A stretch of 64,000 bases of DNA from a virus: UHGV virus genome UHGV-0171787; one strand, written 5' to 3'. The translations under genes and the position numbers were made by a program. The first letter of the stretch is position 1; each line of letters starts with the position of its first letter. Shown here in pieces: positions 20,328-31,926 of the stretch. The notes below the pieces were generated by a model, which did no database searches, was not told where the DNA came from, and saw only the letters and a program-made list of their open reading frames with translations.

Positions 20328-23300
20328 ATGGCTAACATTAAACCGTGGGAAGAAGCTTCCAAAGCTCCTGCGTATCTGAATGCCTCTCCGGAGCAACAAG
20401 CTCAAATGAGAGAACAATATAAGGCAGCAGGTGGCTCTATTCCTGAGGAACAACCAGTAGCACAACCACAACAAGAAGAACGTGGTGCTATAGGTGAGTT
20501 TGCTCAAGGTGTGTCAAATGCTCTTCAGTCCGGCAGTGCTAACATCTCTGCTAATCTTGCTAGGGGTATTGGAGGCTTAGTTGAGATTGGTGAAGATCTA
20601 ACTGGAGCACAAACCGGTTACGGGAAGCGTATGCAAGAGAACGCTCAAAATCTCTTGAAAGAACGTATGGATAAGATTGAGGATGGGATTGGTAAATCTG
20701 CTGGTCAGTATGCTGGGGTGGTTGCCGACATTGGTCTGACAGTTGCTAACCCATTAGTTGCCGCTGCTATCATCGCAGGTCGTGAGACAGGTCGTGCATA
20801 TGCAGACCAAACCCCTGAAGAGGGGGAAGATAAGTCTGTTCTAGATGCAGCCCTAGTTGGTGGTGCTAACTATGCAGCTCAAAGAATCCTTCCGGGTGCT
20901 GTTGGGACAGCTGAATCAGCTCTTGGTCGTATCGGTCAGAACGTTGCTAGTAACGCAGTGGCTGGTGCTAAAGGTGGTGCTCTTGTTGGTGCTGCTGAGG
21001 TTCAGAACAAGTATGGTGATGACAATGATCTAGCTAAGACATTGGAAGGTGTTATCGAAGAAGGTGCTATGGGTGCTGCATTCGGTGGTGCAGTTGGTGG
21101 GGTTCATGGTTTGATTAGCCGTCCGGATTCTGCTGTCTTCAGGAATACTCCAGAGTATGCGAAGACTGATATTGCTGCTGATGACGAACTGATTCGTAGT
21201 GCTAAGAATGTTGATGAATTGAAAGAGGCTTACTCTAAAGCTGAAACTGCTAACGCTGCTTCTGCTCTGAACCTTCTCGATGAGAATGGATTCCGTATTA
21301 CAGATGCTGTTGCTGTAGATTCTCCTGCTGCTCAGCGTATTCTTAATACTGACCAAGCTCGTGCTGAGAAAGCTGCTTCCGTTCAGAAAGAGCATTCCAA
21401 CATTCCGGGCCTTAATCCTTTAGCTTCTCCTGCTAAGACTCGTGGTAAAGCATTCGCTGATAATGAGCACAACCAGAAGCAGGCTGTTGCTATGAAGGAT
21501 GCAATGGCTGACTACACCAAAGACAACACGAAAGCTCTTACAGATGTTCTGGATAACCTAGATCGTGAATTAACTTCTCTCCGAGCTTCTGGTGATTTTA
21601 CTGGTAGTCCGATTGATATTAAGAACCGTACACAAGCCGACCGTGATTTCATTGATGCTTACAAGACTTTCTACAATGAAGCAAATCGATTCAAAGCTCG
21701 TGATGGTGAAGACTTTAATAACTTTGTAGAGAAAGCTGCTGAACTACAGAAGATGGCTGATAATGTTTCTCCAGAGATGAAGAAAGCTATTGGTGGGTTG
21801 AAGAAACTGAAAGGTATGCCTGAAGGTTTTAATCCTATCCAAGATGCTTACACTCTGAACAATACAGCTAAGTTCATGAGCAATCAAGATCGTGGTTGGA
21901 CTTCCCTGACTGATGATGGCTTCCGTGAGGCTTCTTCACCTAGTCTGGTAATGAACACTCTTGGTGCTGCTAAGTATGCTCTGAATCGCTTCTCTTCTCA
22001 GCGTGCTCGTTCTCAGCGTGTTAAGCAACAAGAGTCTAACAGCGAAGCTATCCGCTCTCTGGCTCGTGGTGATTTGGAAGTTGCTCGTGCTAAATCTACT
22101 GCTGATGAAGCTCGCGCTAAGATGGAAGAAGAACCAGTTGTTGATGACATTAAATTTAAGATGCAAAATGATGTAGAAACCGAACCGGTTCGGGAGCCTT
22201 CTTCTAGTACTGTGACGGAAGAAAATCTTCCTTCTTCTGTTCCTCAAGAAGCCCCTCTTACGGCTCGTGATTTAGTTGCTCAAAGACGTGCAGTTAAGCA
22301 GGTGGAACAGCGTCGTGCGCAAGAAGAGGCCGCACAGGCTCCAGAATCGACCGTAGAGGAACCAACCATCAAAGCTGAGCCATTACCTGCCCGTGCCCCT
22401 AAAGCTCCTAAGGAAGCTGTACAGGATGTTAAACCATCAATTGGTGTAGAACGTTTAGCTGCCATGTCCAGTGCTGCTCGTCAAGCTACTAAAGATCGTG
22501 CAGAACGTTTTGCTCGTTCTCTGTACTCTAAGGCTGCTAAGGCTAAAGCAACTGCTGAGAACTTCTTATCTTACAAGGGTGATCCTAAGGAGTTGATGCG
22601 TCGTATTCGTCAGGAAGATAATGCTATCAACACTGAACGTCATGAAGAAATGGCTCGTAACCAGCTGGCTTCTCAGCAAGGCATTGCTACTGCTAAGAAC
22701 AACACGGTACGAACTAATTTTGCTGAATGGGTTAAGGAACGTGGTCTTCCAGAAGACATTGCTACTAAGGCATTACGTGCTGAAGAGAAAGGTTTAGGTG
22801 GGAACGTAACTAACTTGGATAGCCTGAAACGTCGTGCAGAAAGGTTATATCAGAAGCAGCGTGAGGATGAGTTTGATAGGCTGTATCAACAAGCTCTTGA
22901 AGAGAACAAAGCTTTCGATAATAAGAATGCTCCTAAGCTGGTTGACCAGAAGAAAGAGCTTCAGTCTGAGATTGATGCTTTAATTGATTCAGAACCTTTA
23001 CGTCCTGCTCAGAAAGATGCTATGCGTAAGCTGATGAATGACTTTGTAGATGGGAAGTTTAAATCTTCAGAGAAGGCTGGTAGGGAAGAGGCTTTGGAAG
23101 TTGGTCAGATGAAGGATATTTGGGATGGGTTTATCAACACCTATAACAGAGAAGTGAATGCCTTCAACAGAGCTAATAAGAACTCTCAGTATGAAGCTTT
23201 TGCTAAACACATACAGGCTCGTGAAGAACGTCTTGCTACTCTGAAAAATAAAGCTCAGGCTCGTTCAGATGCCAAGGCTGCTGTTGAGAATGAACGTAAA

Positions 23301-24635
23301 ACTCTAGAAGCTATTGCAGCTCAAAAGAGTGAGATTGAGAAGATGATGGAAGGTTTACCTAAACCTGTTCGTGAGGCTCAGGAATCTCGTACATTGAAAC
23401 AGTTGGCTGCTCACCACGACAAGAACTCTCCAGTTCCTCCAGAGAAGTTCCGTAGTTACATTGAACGTATCCATAACGCCGAGTCAGATTACCTTGATCG
23501 TCAGCGTCGTTTAACTGATGCAGAGGAAGATGCTCGTCAGGCTAAATGGAATAGGATGTATGAGCAAGCGGAAGAGATGAATCGTAAGTTTGATGTGGAC
23601 AAGAGAGTTAAGCGCAGTGAAGAGCTTAAAGCGGCCCAAGAGCGTGAGAATGACCTTATGGCAGTACAACGTCAACGTGATGACATCCATCGCCGCCTGA
23701 TGCGTACTATGGAAGATAAGGGCATATCTAGAGAGGATGCTGAAGCATTTGCTGGTTCCTACATGGACAACCGTTATGCACTTCTTGAGAAGCCTATGAC
23801 TCCTACTGAACATCAGAATGCTCGTTCTCGTATCGAAGCTGATGTTGAGAAATTCGCTAAGAAGTACGAATCAATGACTCCTATCGAGAAAGAGATTGTT
23901 AAGGTTACTGGAGATACTGAAGGTAAGCTTGATAACTTGGATGCGGATACTAGGAAGGCTATTGAGGAGGCTCAGAAGGTTGACTCCGATATTAAGAAAC
24001 TGCAAGAGGAAGAATTGGAGATGGAGAAGATTCGTTCTGCTCTGCCTGATGATGAAAAATCTCAAGCAAATTCTGATATCTTGGAAAGCATTAAACAGCA
24101 GGAAGAAGCCTTTGCTGATAAAGCAGAGAAAGCTTTCTTGAATGGGAAGAGCTTGGACGAATTAGTCAGTGTGGCTGAAGTTTTAGACAGAGTGCATGGT
24201 GCAGACAAGGCTGGTAACAACCGTCGCTTTGTACGTGCATTGCAGACTGCTGCTGAAAACAAGAAGAAGTATGGAGATAATCCGGTAGCTTGGTTTAGTG
24301 CTGATGATTATTCTGCCATTGCTAAACTTGGTGCTTCTTCCGCAGGTGGTAACAAATCCAGAGCACTGGAGAAGATTTTTGGTTCTACAGCTGAACAGGC
24401 TAAGAGTAAGTTGCTTGGTAGGGATGATGTAGCGAAGATGAGACGTGTGATTGAAGAGAACCCTGATATTAAGATTCCTTCTTACAAGACAACGAATCGT
24501 ACTGAGTACTTGCAGTTCTTGGAGAAGTTTAATGACGAAGGGAAGCCGAAGATTAAACGTGGCTCATTGTCAGAGAAGCTTGAACGCAGTAAGCGTCAAT
24601 CGAGACTCCGTGTAAGAGTTCGACCTAAGGAGTGA
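20328..24635 (+). CDS. very large internal virion / ejection-type protein
   Basis: ORF 20283..24635; start preferred at the ATG at 20328, preceded by aaaggagacgtt. About 1435 aa, Gly/Ala-rich N-terminus then long charged helical region; last gene of the plus-strand arm. Confidence 0.5.
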   Translation: MANIKPWEEASKAPAYLNASPEQQAQMREQYKAAGGSIPEEQPVAQPQQEERGAIGEFAQGVSNALQSGSANISANLARGIGGLVEIGEDLTGAQTGYGKRMQENAQNLLKERMDKIEDGIGKSAGQYAGVVADIGLTVANPLVAAAIIAGRETGRAYADQTPEEGEDKSVLDAALVGGANYAAQRILPGAVGTAESALGRIGQNVASNAVAGAKGGALVGAAEVQNKYGDDNDLAKTLEGVIEEGAMGAAFGGAVGGVHGLISRPDSAVFRNTPEYAKTDIAADDELIRSAKNVDELKEAYSKAETANAASALNLLDENGFRITDAVAVDSPAAQRILNTDQARAEKAASVQKEHSNIPGLNPLASPAKTRGKAFADNEHNQKQAVAMKDAMADYTKDNTKALTDVLDNLDRELTSLRASGDFTGSPIDIKNRTQADRDFIDAYKTFYNEANRFKARDGEDFNNFVEKAAELQKMADNVSPEMKKAIGGLKKLKGMPEGFNPIQDAYTLNNTAKFMSNQDRGWTSLTDDGFREASSPSLVMNTLGAAKYALNRFSSQRARSQRVKQQESNSEAIRSLARGDLEVARAKSTADEARAKMEEEPVVDDIKFKMQNDVETEPVREPSSSTVTEENLPSSVPQEAPLTARDLVAQRRAVKQVEQRRAQEEAAQAPESTVEEPTIKAEPLPARAPKAPKEAVQDVKPSIGVERLAAMSSAARQATKDRAERFARSLYSKAAKAKATAENFLSYKGDPKELMRRIRQEDNAINTERHEEMARNQLASQQGIATAKNNTVRTNFAEWVKERGLPEDIATKALRAEEKGLGGNVTNLDSLKRRAERLYQKQREDEFDRLYQQALEENKAFDNKNAPKLVDQKKELQSEIDALIDSEPLRPAQKDAMRKLMNDFVDGKFKSSEKAGREEALEVGQMKDIWDGFINTYNREVNAFNRANKNSQYEAFAKHIQAREERLATLKNKAQARSDAKAAVENERKTLEAIAAQKSEIEKMMEGLPKPVREAQESRTLKQLAAHHDKNSPVPPEKFRSYIERIHNAESDYLDRQRRLTDAEEDARQAKWNRMYEQAEEMNRKFDVDKRVKRSEELKAAQERENDLMAVQRQRDDIHRRLMRTMEDKGISREDAEAFAGSYMDNRYALLEKPMTPTEHQNARSRIEADVEKFAKKYESMTPIEKEIVKVTGDTEGKLDNLDADTRKAIEEAQKVDSDIKKLQEEELEMEKIRSALPDDEKSQANSDILESIKQQEEAFADKAEKAFLNGKSLDELVSVAEVLDRVHGADKAGNNRRFVRALQTAAENKKKYGDNPVAWFSADDYSAIAKLGASSAGGNKSRALEKIFGSTAEQAKSKLLGRDDVAKMRRVIEENPDIKIPSYKTTNRTEYLQFLEKFNDEGKPKIKRGSLSEKLERSKRQSRLRVRVRPKE

Positions 24636-24643
24636 TAAAAGAA

Positions 24644-24684
24644 AAGCCCTCAAGGTGAAATCCAAGAGGGCTTTATTTATTTCT
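24644..24684. terminator. terminator at the convergent arm boundary
   Basis: AAAGCCCTC...GAGGGCTTT inverted repeat flanked by an A-run on one side and a T-run on the other. Confidence 0.55.
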
Positions 24685-24921
24685 AGATCTTCTTGTAGGT
24701 GATAGTTCCTTCTTTAACAGCTTTATCATAAGCTGCTTTGAATTTTTCTATCATAGCGATTTTACTCTGTTTTATCTTTTCAAAATCCATCAAATTCATC
24801 CTCATACATCCCAATTTTCCTCAGAAGTCTGGGTGTTCATCTTCAAAGCACCCTGAGACACCGCCATAGAACCAATCGGATTTACTGCCAAGAATAACAA
24901 CTTCTTCATTCATATTTCCTC

Positions 24922-25149
24922 CTAGATCAAATCATAATATTGAATAATATCTGAGAGCTTGAACTCTCGAATCTCATCTTTCTCTATATCAATTGCTGTC
25001 ATAATCCAACAAGGTTTGCCACCGTTATGAAAACGGGAGCTAGCAACGGAGGTTCGGAGTGGAATAACGGACCGGTCAGCAACCTCGCCTCTCCAATTGC
25101 GATAGCGAAAGCGAAGCACTTGTTGCGTAGATTTTTGATCATTACTCAT
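24922..25149 (-). CDS. hypothetical protein (start uncertain)
   Basis: ORF 24922..25290; an internal Met start at 25149 would avoid long overlap with the HNH gene. Confidence 0.35.
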   Translation of the reverse strand: MSNDQKSTQQVLRFRYRNWRGEVADRSVIPLRTSVASSRFHNGGKPCWIMTAIDIEKDEIREFKLSDIIQYYDLI

Positions 25150-25543
25150 TTCCTTTTTTGAATTGTTTTCTTGCATCATTCTCTTCTTTTGTTTTAATCT
25201 TATGACAAGGGTCTTTACACAGAACCTGAAAACCTTCTTTCTCACACAGAGCACGAGAGATGATCTCATCCCAAGTTGCTTCATGGTCAAGAGGGACTAT
25301 AGGCTCTATGTGGTCAATAGCCATATCCTTTACAGGGTGGTCAGAACCACACATGGCACACTTAAAGTGCATTGCCAGTCTACCTGTCTTCGGGTTAATC
25401 TTCTGCTCTGTCTTGGAGTCTGCTAGTGCATCAAACATGGGCTTCCACTTTCTAGTCAGAGAACGAATCCCTGACTTGATGAATGAGTTGTAACGAGCTT
25501 CAGTCCACGTTCCACTACAGCGTGTCTTCTCAGACTTCGCCAT
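25142..25543 (-). CDS. HNH endonuclease
   Basis: Motif CAMCG...IDHIEPI...LC..CH.IK is an HNH / zinc-finger signature. Confidence 0.65.
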   Translation of the reverse strand: MAKSEKTRCSGTWTEARYNSFIKSGIRSLTRKWKPMFDALADSKTEQKINPKTGRLAMHFKCAMCGSDHPVKDMAIDHIEPIVPLDHEATWDEIISRALCEKEGFQVLCKDPCHKIKTKEENDARKQFKKGNE

Positions 25544-25709
25544 AATCAGCTTCTTCCCAAACTCGTTTGTTTACACGATGACTTACTTTACCCTCACGAG
25601 GAATACGACCAGTCCGCTGATCAAATAGTTGATGTTTAATTTTTTGGTCTTTACGGGATTCACGATTGGAGGAGTTTTCATCATATGAACGATAATCAAA
25701 TTTACCCAT
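25530..25709 (-). CDS. hypothetical small protein
   Basis: ORF 25530..25817; internal Met start at 25709 follows the stop of the upstream gene. Confidence 0.35.
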   Translation of the reverse strand: MGKFDYRSYDENSSNRESRKDQKIKHQLFDQRTGRIPREGKVSHRVNKRVWEEADYGEV

Positions 25710-25719
25710 TATAATATCC

Positions 25720-26541
25720 TTATTTCCAAGTTTTTTCGAGCCATGACCAATCAAATAGGTCTTCCGGAGTCTGACCAACAAATAGAAGCCGAGCATTCTC
25801 AAGCATCTTCTCTTCATCTTCAGTATCGAACTTCTTATAATATTCCATTCGTACTATATGATACATGGTCCACTTATCTGTAACATCAGCCAGTAATTTA
25901 GCTGCTGCCCTCTTCCCTATGCCTTGACGTCGAAGCTGAAGCTTACCACCCCACATAACCTCTTTACGTTCCCCACATCCGGGAATATTATCCGTACCAT
26001 CCCCAATCAACATTTGATAGAAGAAGTTTTGCCATGAGACTAAATCAGATACGTAGTGAGGGGGTACCTCTTTCTGCCTTTCTCCACAAGCCCAGCGATA
26101 GTGCCATCCGGGGGTTATTAATAAATCTTTGTCTCTAGTACAAATGATAGTGTTCTTGTCTCTACGTTGCCTTTCAGCTAGTGCATCATCAGCCTCTCTC
26201 CCAAATACATCTATGTATTCATATTTACCTTTAATATAATCACCAACATTTTGCCAGTGAAAAGGTCTTTCTCCGGGAGGTCTATTTGCTTTGTAGTCTT
26301 GCTGCTTAGCGACATCGAAACGGAAGTTACCACCTTCGCTGAAGTAGAACACAACCTTACTACAACCTGAGCGAGCAATGATAGTATCTATCTTGTACTG
26401 AAGTCGTTCAATCATGAAATTATAGTCAACTGGAACACGTCCTGTGTCAAGAAAGGGATGCTCCTGAGTAAGAGCACCTACTTCATAACGAAGAACATCC
26501 GCGTCCACAATTGCTACTTCAGGGAGCTTAACATCTCCCAT
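25720..26541 (-). CDS. 5'-3' exonuclease / flap endonuclease (T7 gp6 / FEN-like)
   Basis: N-terminal acidic PIN-like region and the H3TH-type motif LIGDGTDNIPG. Confidence 0.65.
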   Translation of the reverse strand: MGDVKLPEVAIVDADVLRYEVGALTQEHPFLDTGRVPVDYNFMIERLQYKIDTIIARSGCSKVVFYFSEGGNFRFDVAKQQDYKANRPPGERPFHWQNVGDYIKGKYEYIDVFGREADDALAERQRRDKNTIICTRDKDLLITPGWHYRWACGERQKEVPPHYVSDLVSWQNFFYQMLIGDGTDNIPGCGERKEVMWGGKLQLRRQGIGKRAAAKLLADVTDKWTMYHIVRMEYYKKFDTEDEEKMLENARLLFVGQTPEDLFDWSWLEKTWK

Positions 26542-26542
26542 A

Positions 26543-27713
<1,171 letters not shown>

Positions 27714-27957
27714 AATGCATCTCTTTATAAACCGTTTCTGTATTCTTCTTCCAGTCGGATAAACCGGTAAGAACTCTCTGAGCAACTTCATCAGCTGCCT
27801 TACTTCTTTCAATCTCTAACTCTTGTTGATGCTTCTCTCTATCAAGATTGTTACTATCTGTTCGGTATTCATTGAACTTCATACCTCCAAAGAACACGAG
27901 AGCAGAGAAGATGATAAAACCTACATTATCACTTAATGTACTTTTCATATTGTCTCC

Positions 27958-27985
27958 AACGAAAAAAGCCACCCGAAGATGGCTA
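27958..27985 (-). terminator. rho-independent terminator after the SSB gene
   Basis: On the minus strand AGCCAUC-UUCG-GGUGGCU followed by UUUUUU; the G-U pairs exist only in the minus orientation. Confidence 0.6.
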
Positions 27986-28005
27986 AGCTATAACAAGGAG
28001 AGTTA

Positions 28006-28752
28006 TTAGAATGGGCTATCGTTGTCGTCTTCGTAAGTAGAAGCAGGTTCTTTATCAATCGTAGGGATTGAAGGAGTAGCTTCTTTCTGTTCTGTTTCAG
28101 AAGCACGAGTAATTTCACGACCAGCCAGAGGCATGTTCTTAGCGTCAATAGCTTGGGTAAGCAGGTTGCGCTGGAACGGGAACATCAGTTGATAGGATGC
28201 TACGTTCTCATCGGTTTCAGCATACGGTTCGAAGAATACCAGAGGACTACGAGCTTCACCAACTGCTGCACGATATTTGGTTGGGATTGGAGAAATGGTC
28301 TTGATGGAGTTTTTAACTTCACCAGCTTTGTTAGTGTAAGAATTAACCAGAATGTTAACAGGCTGACCTAACAACACATCCTTAAACCAAGACAGATCAC
28401 CTTTCAGTGCTTGGATGCTTGGGTCAATCATCTTGCAGAGATCAAGGATACCAGAGTTCTTGGCTCGTGGGTTTACATCATAGCTCTTGAACTGGCAAGC
28501 CGGACGCGGTTCTAATGCCTTACCATCGGAATCTTTACCAGTAGCATCAACACCAATCAGCTCGAAAGCCAAATCCATACGGAAAGCCGGATTCTTAGGG
28601 GTTACTGCTTTGGTCTTCGGGTCAATCCAAGGGTCACGATTGTGAACACCCAAACCTACTACACGAACGATACGTGCTTCGTATTCACCATCAGGGATTA
28701 CATCGTAGTTGGATTTACGGGAAGCAGTTGCGATAGTTGGGATCATGCTCAT
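28006..28752 (-). CDS. single-stranded DNA-binding protein (T7 gp2.5-like)
   Basis: 248 aa with an acidic C-terminal tail ending in Phe (...YEDDNDSPF), the hallmark of gp2.5-type SSBs. Confidence 0.55.
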   Translation of the reverse strand: MSMIPTIATASRKSNYDVIPDGEYEARIVRVVGLGVHNRDPWIDPKTKAVTPKNPAFRMDLAFELIGVDATGKDSDGKALEPRPACQFKSYDVNPRAKNSGILDLCKMIDPSIQALKGDLSWFKDVLLGQPVNILVNSYTNKAGEVKNSIKTISPIPTKYRAAVGEARSPLVFFEPYAETDENVASYQLMFPFQRNLLTQAIDAKNMPLAGREITRASETEQKEATPSIPTIDKEPASTYEDDNDSPF

Positions 28753-29318
28753 TATTAATTTCCTTATTTAATTTGAAAGATTGTTGCTCTCTTTGAGCGG
28801 TTATGTATAATATACATTACATATATAGTGTAGGAACTACCGGAAGGTAGTAGGTTTTGTCCAAACAAAAGTCTCTTTAGAGTTATTTGTTGGGGACTGT
28901 CTCTTATAAACCCGAGACTGTCTAGCAGTTACATAAGCTCTAGCTTTTTCTGTAGCTGCATACTTATGATTAAATTTCATGGTAGTATATCTCTAAGTGC
29001 TATAATATATATAAGTTATAGCTGATAAAGTTATTGCACGGGACTGACGACGATAAGGCGCAGACGACAACCTCTCATAAGTTTGTAAGAAATTGAGAGA
29101 CTACCGGAAGGGCAGGAGCCACCTGCGAGATAAAAATAGAGAATTAAGGAATCCTTGATTTAGGTTGTAGGGACTCCTAGGGACTTTGATTCTCTATTTA
29201 AAAGAATAAATAATTATTACATCTAACACTAAACAAACTGAAACAAAGATAAGAAACTTCTTATAAATACTCATTACTTATCACTTAAACAGTTAACTAG
29301 CCTCTGATATAAAGAAGT

Positions 29319-29507
29319 TTAAATCAAGCATCCATCACAAACATAATCTCCACTAAGAGATTCTTGTAGCAAGCGATTTTGTTCCTCTGAATATAGAGAA
29401 TCTACTAATTCTTTTAACTCTGAAAGAGTAATGAAATCAATAGTATTTCCATTATCTAAAATAGAAGAGTTGAGTATATATTCATTATCTTTAATTTTAT
29501 TGATCAT
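29319..29507 (-). CDS. hypothetical small protein
   Basis: 62-aa ORF; its start overlaps the stop of an upstream small ORF (ATGA). Confidence 0.4.
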   Translation of the reverse strand: MINKIKDNEYILNSSILDNGNTIDFITLSELKELVDSLYSEEQNRLLQESLSGDYVCDGCLI

Positions 29508-29644
29508 TTTTCTATTCCTTTTACTTCAGCGTATACTTTAACTTCTCCCTTAAGGATTACCTTGGAAGCATTAGCGCTTTCTTCGGAGTGGTGTACAACG
29601 GTCATCTCTTTCTTTCCAATCTTATATGTGTGAATCCAAATCAT
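29504..29644 (-). CDS. small ORF (46 aa) below the ORF-track cutoff
   Basis: Hand translation MIWIHTYKIGKKEMTVVHHSEESANASKVILKGEVKVYAEVKGIEK; stop overlaps the next start. Confidence 0.3.
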   Translation of the reverse strand: MIWIHTYKIGKKEMTVVHHSEESANASKVILKGEVKVYAEVKGIEK

Positions 29645-29660
29645 TATTTCTTAATCCTTT

Positions 29661-29690
29661 TAGACAAGAAAAGCCGCCCTAAGGCAGCTT
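29661..29690 (-). terminator. rho-independent terminator
   Basis: Minus strand AAGCUGCC-UUAG-GGCGGCUU followed by UUUUCUUG. Confidence 0.5.
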
Positions 29691-29695
29691 CTTAT

Positions 29696-29872
29696 TTAAC
29701 TGTTCACTTTAGCTTCAAGTGTTTCGTTTTCAATACTCAAGTCAATCACTACACCAGTAAGCTCAACGACTGCTTGGCGAAGGGCATCTTTACCCATAGA
29801 GTGTACTTGAGATAAGAAGAAAGCTTTCCCTTCTTCAGTGGATAGGGTTTCTTTCAGTTCAGTTGCAGTCAT
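29696..29872 (-). CDS. small ORF (58 aa) below the ORF-track cutoff
   Basis: Hand translation MTATELKETLSTEEGKAFFLSQVHSMGKDALRQAVVELTGVVIDLSIENETLEAKVNS; RBS gagaggaaaaga upstream; followed by the terminator. Confidence 0.4.
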   Translation of the reverse strand: MTATELKETLSTEEGKAFFLSQVHSMGKDALRQAVVELTGVVIDLSIENETLEAKVNS

Positions 29873-30065
29873 TCTTTTCCTCTCTCTCTTTCCATAGTTC
29901 AGCTAATTCTAAATAGTATTGTGCTTCATCAGCACGTCCTTGTTCATTACAGATGGCGCTTTGACGATAACACCAATCCGATGGCATCTCTTCCACTTCA
30001 ATCTCCTTATGATGAACTAATCAATAAGACTAGTTCATTTGTGTTCCTGTCTTTCAGTTCTGCCT

Positions 30066-31910
30066 TTAGTGCGTATGCATCCAATTTAATCCAATCTGAC
30101 AATCAGAAGCCAGAGGACATTCCATGTTCAAGTACTCACCAGCCTTCTTAACACAAAGCTCAGTGTGCTCTTTGAGTTTCTGTACATCATTACGATTTAC
30201 TGAGAATTGGCCCTCATCGTGCATATCAATTACCTTAGCACAACGAACCCCATCCTTCTCAATCCACTTGTTAAGGAACATCATAGCATATTTCATAACA
30301 ACAGCACCAGCACATTGCAGGAGTGTGTTAAGGGCTTTATGAACCATAACTTTACCAGTGGCATCTCTTCTCATTGTAATCTTACGACCATCAACTCCAA
30401 TCAAGTATCCTTGAGCAGCTTTCTCTGTCATACGATCAATGAGGATTGCAATACACGGGTTCTCTGCTAAGAAACGCGCTCGCATCACTGAACCTTCGTC
30501 AGCCCCACCACCTACAATTGAACCAAGCTTAGCATCACCAGCACCGTAGTTGAATGCATAGATAAATGTCTTAGCGTTGTCACGAGTAGGAAGACCAGCA
30601 AGTTTCTGGTTGTGGGAGTGGATATCACCTTCAAGGAGAATATCACGATACATAACAGCAGAAGCTAAACCGCGTTCTGCCAGAGCTTTCTTAGCTGGGT
30701 TATTCTCTTCGATTGCTTCAGCAAGCATATCTCTACACTCTTTGATGAGGTAGTGAGCGAGCATACGAAGTTCAAGTCCAGAACCATCATACCCTAAGAA
30801 TATTTCTTTACCAGCGGGTATGTAATATTTGTAAGCACCTACAGGTTTGTCTTTCTTCCCCGGCTTACCTTTCTCGTAAATTACGTTAGTACCTTTTCGT
30901 ATATAACAATCATCAGGAACAACGTTAGTAATAACGAAAGGACGAGAGTGATCACTGTCTGAGTTATAGTCAGACTCAAACAAACTGCGACACTCATGAC
31001 CAAACAAACCACGGGAGGGAATATTAACCACGATACGATGTTTGAATCGAAAAGTCGGCGTAGCACAGCTGTTAGCTTCTGCCGAAAGTTTACCATCTTT
31101 GCGTTCCTTTGCTATGAGTCCGCTGATAAGGCCTAGCCTGTGAGCCGCTACAACACGTCTCTTAAGCAAACTTCCGACACTCCCTAGCTCACCCCCTAAT
31201 CCTTCTTCAAGGGTCTCCTCGAGGTTTGTAGGAGCTGTAGGCCACTTGTTTGAGGTAGCTAGTGCTATCTTAATCTCGTCAAAAGTGATAGGCCTACGTC
31301 GGTTAGGATTTAAACCTAAACCAAATACATAAGCCTTCATGTAGTTCTTAGTCTTAAACCTAAAATGCTTCTCTAAGAACTTCCTGATATCAGCGTCAAC
31401 CATCTCGGCTGTCTGCTTCTGTTTAGCATTACCTCGCATCCAAGCTGAATACCATGCTTGGTATGTTCCATACTTTCTCATATCTTTCTTAATTTCAAAA
31501 GTATTCCAAGGCTTCTTAGATACGTTAAACTCTGGAGGAAGAAAGCCCTCATCCATAAGAGCTTCTTTAACTCGTGCATCCTTCGATGGGTCAAAGTCTA
31601 CGTATTCGACACAGGTAAAAGCTCCACCAATGTCTTCTCTCTTCAGCCCAACCCTATCGCAATAAGCTTGAGGCCACTTCTGCAAAGCCCCAGACTTCTT
31701 AAATGGCTTCATATAAGTAGAGCCATCTAATCTCATCTTAGGTAAGAGAGGAATTAGTTCTTTATCAATATTAACAATAATCTCTTTAAGGAGGTGAACA
31801 TACCACCGAGCATTTCTTCGGTTGAAACTCACTCCGTGCTTTGCTTGCTTAGAGATTATATCAGCGACAGTCATCTCTGTCAAAAATGGGAGAGCGTCCG
31901 GGTTGCTCAC
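30066..31910 (-). CDS. DNA polymerase, family A polymerase domain (no exonuclease domain)
   Basis: Motif A DGSGLELR, motif B RDNAKTFIYAFNYGAG, motif C HDEGQF. Confidence 0.8.
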   Translation of the reverse strand: MSNPDALPFLTEMTVADIISKQAKHGVSFNRRNARWYVHLLKEIIVNIDKELIPLLPKMRLDGSTYMKPFKKSGALQKWPQAYCDRVGLKREDIGGAFTCVEYVDFDPSKDARVKEALMDEGFLPPEFNVSKKPWNTFEIKKDMRKYGTYQAWYSAWMRGNAKQKQTAEMVDADIRKFLEKHFRFKTKNYMKAYVFGLGLNPNRRRPITFDEIKIALATSNKWPTAPTNLEETLEEGLGGELGSVGSLLKRRVVAAHRLGLISGLIAKERKDGKLSAEANSCATPTFRFKHRIVVNIPSRGLFGHECRSLFESDYNSDSDHSRPFVITNVVPDDCYIRKGTNVIYEKGKPGKKDKPVGAYKYYIPAGKEIFLGYDGSGLELRMLAHYLIKECRDMLAEAIEENNPAKKALAERGLASAVMYRDILLEGDIHSHNQKLAGLPTRDNAKTFIYAFNYGAGDAKLGSIVGGGADEGSVMRARFLAENPCIAILIDRMTEKAAQGYLIGVDGRKITMRRDATGKVMVHKALNTLLQCAGAVVMKYAMMFLNKWIEKDGVRCAKVIDMHDEGQFSVNRNDVQKLKEHTELCVKKAGEYLNMECPLASDCQIGLNWMHTH

Positions 31911-31926
31911 TTTATACTCCTTTAAA

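Noticed and set aside
27945-28148. 67-aa ORF overlapping the SSB gene 3' end and the terminator
   Set aside because: Runs through the terminator hairpin and overlaps the SSB coding region.
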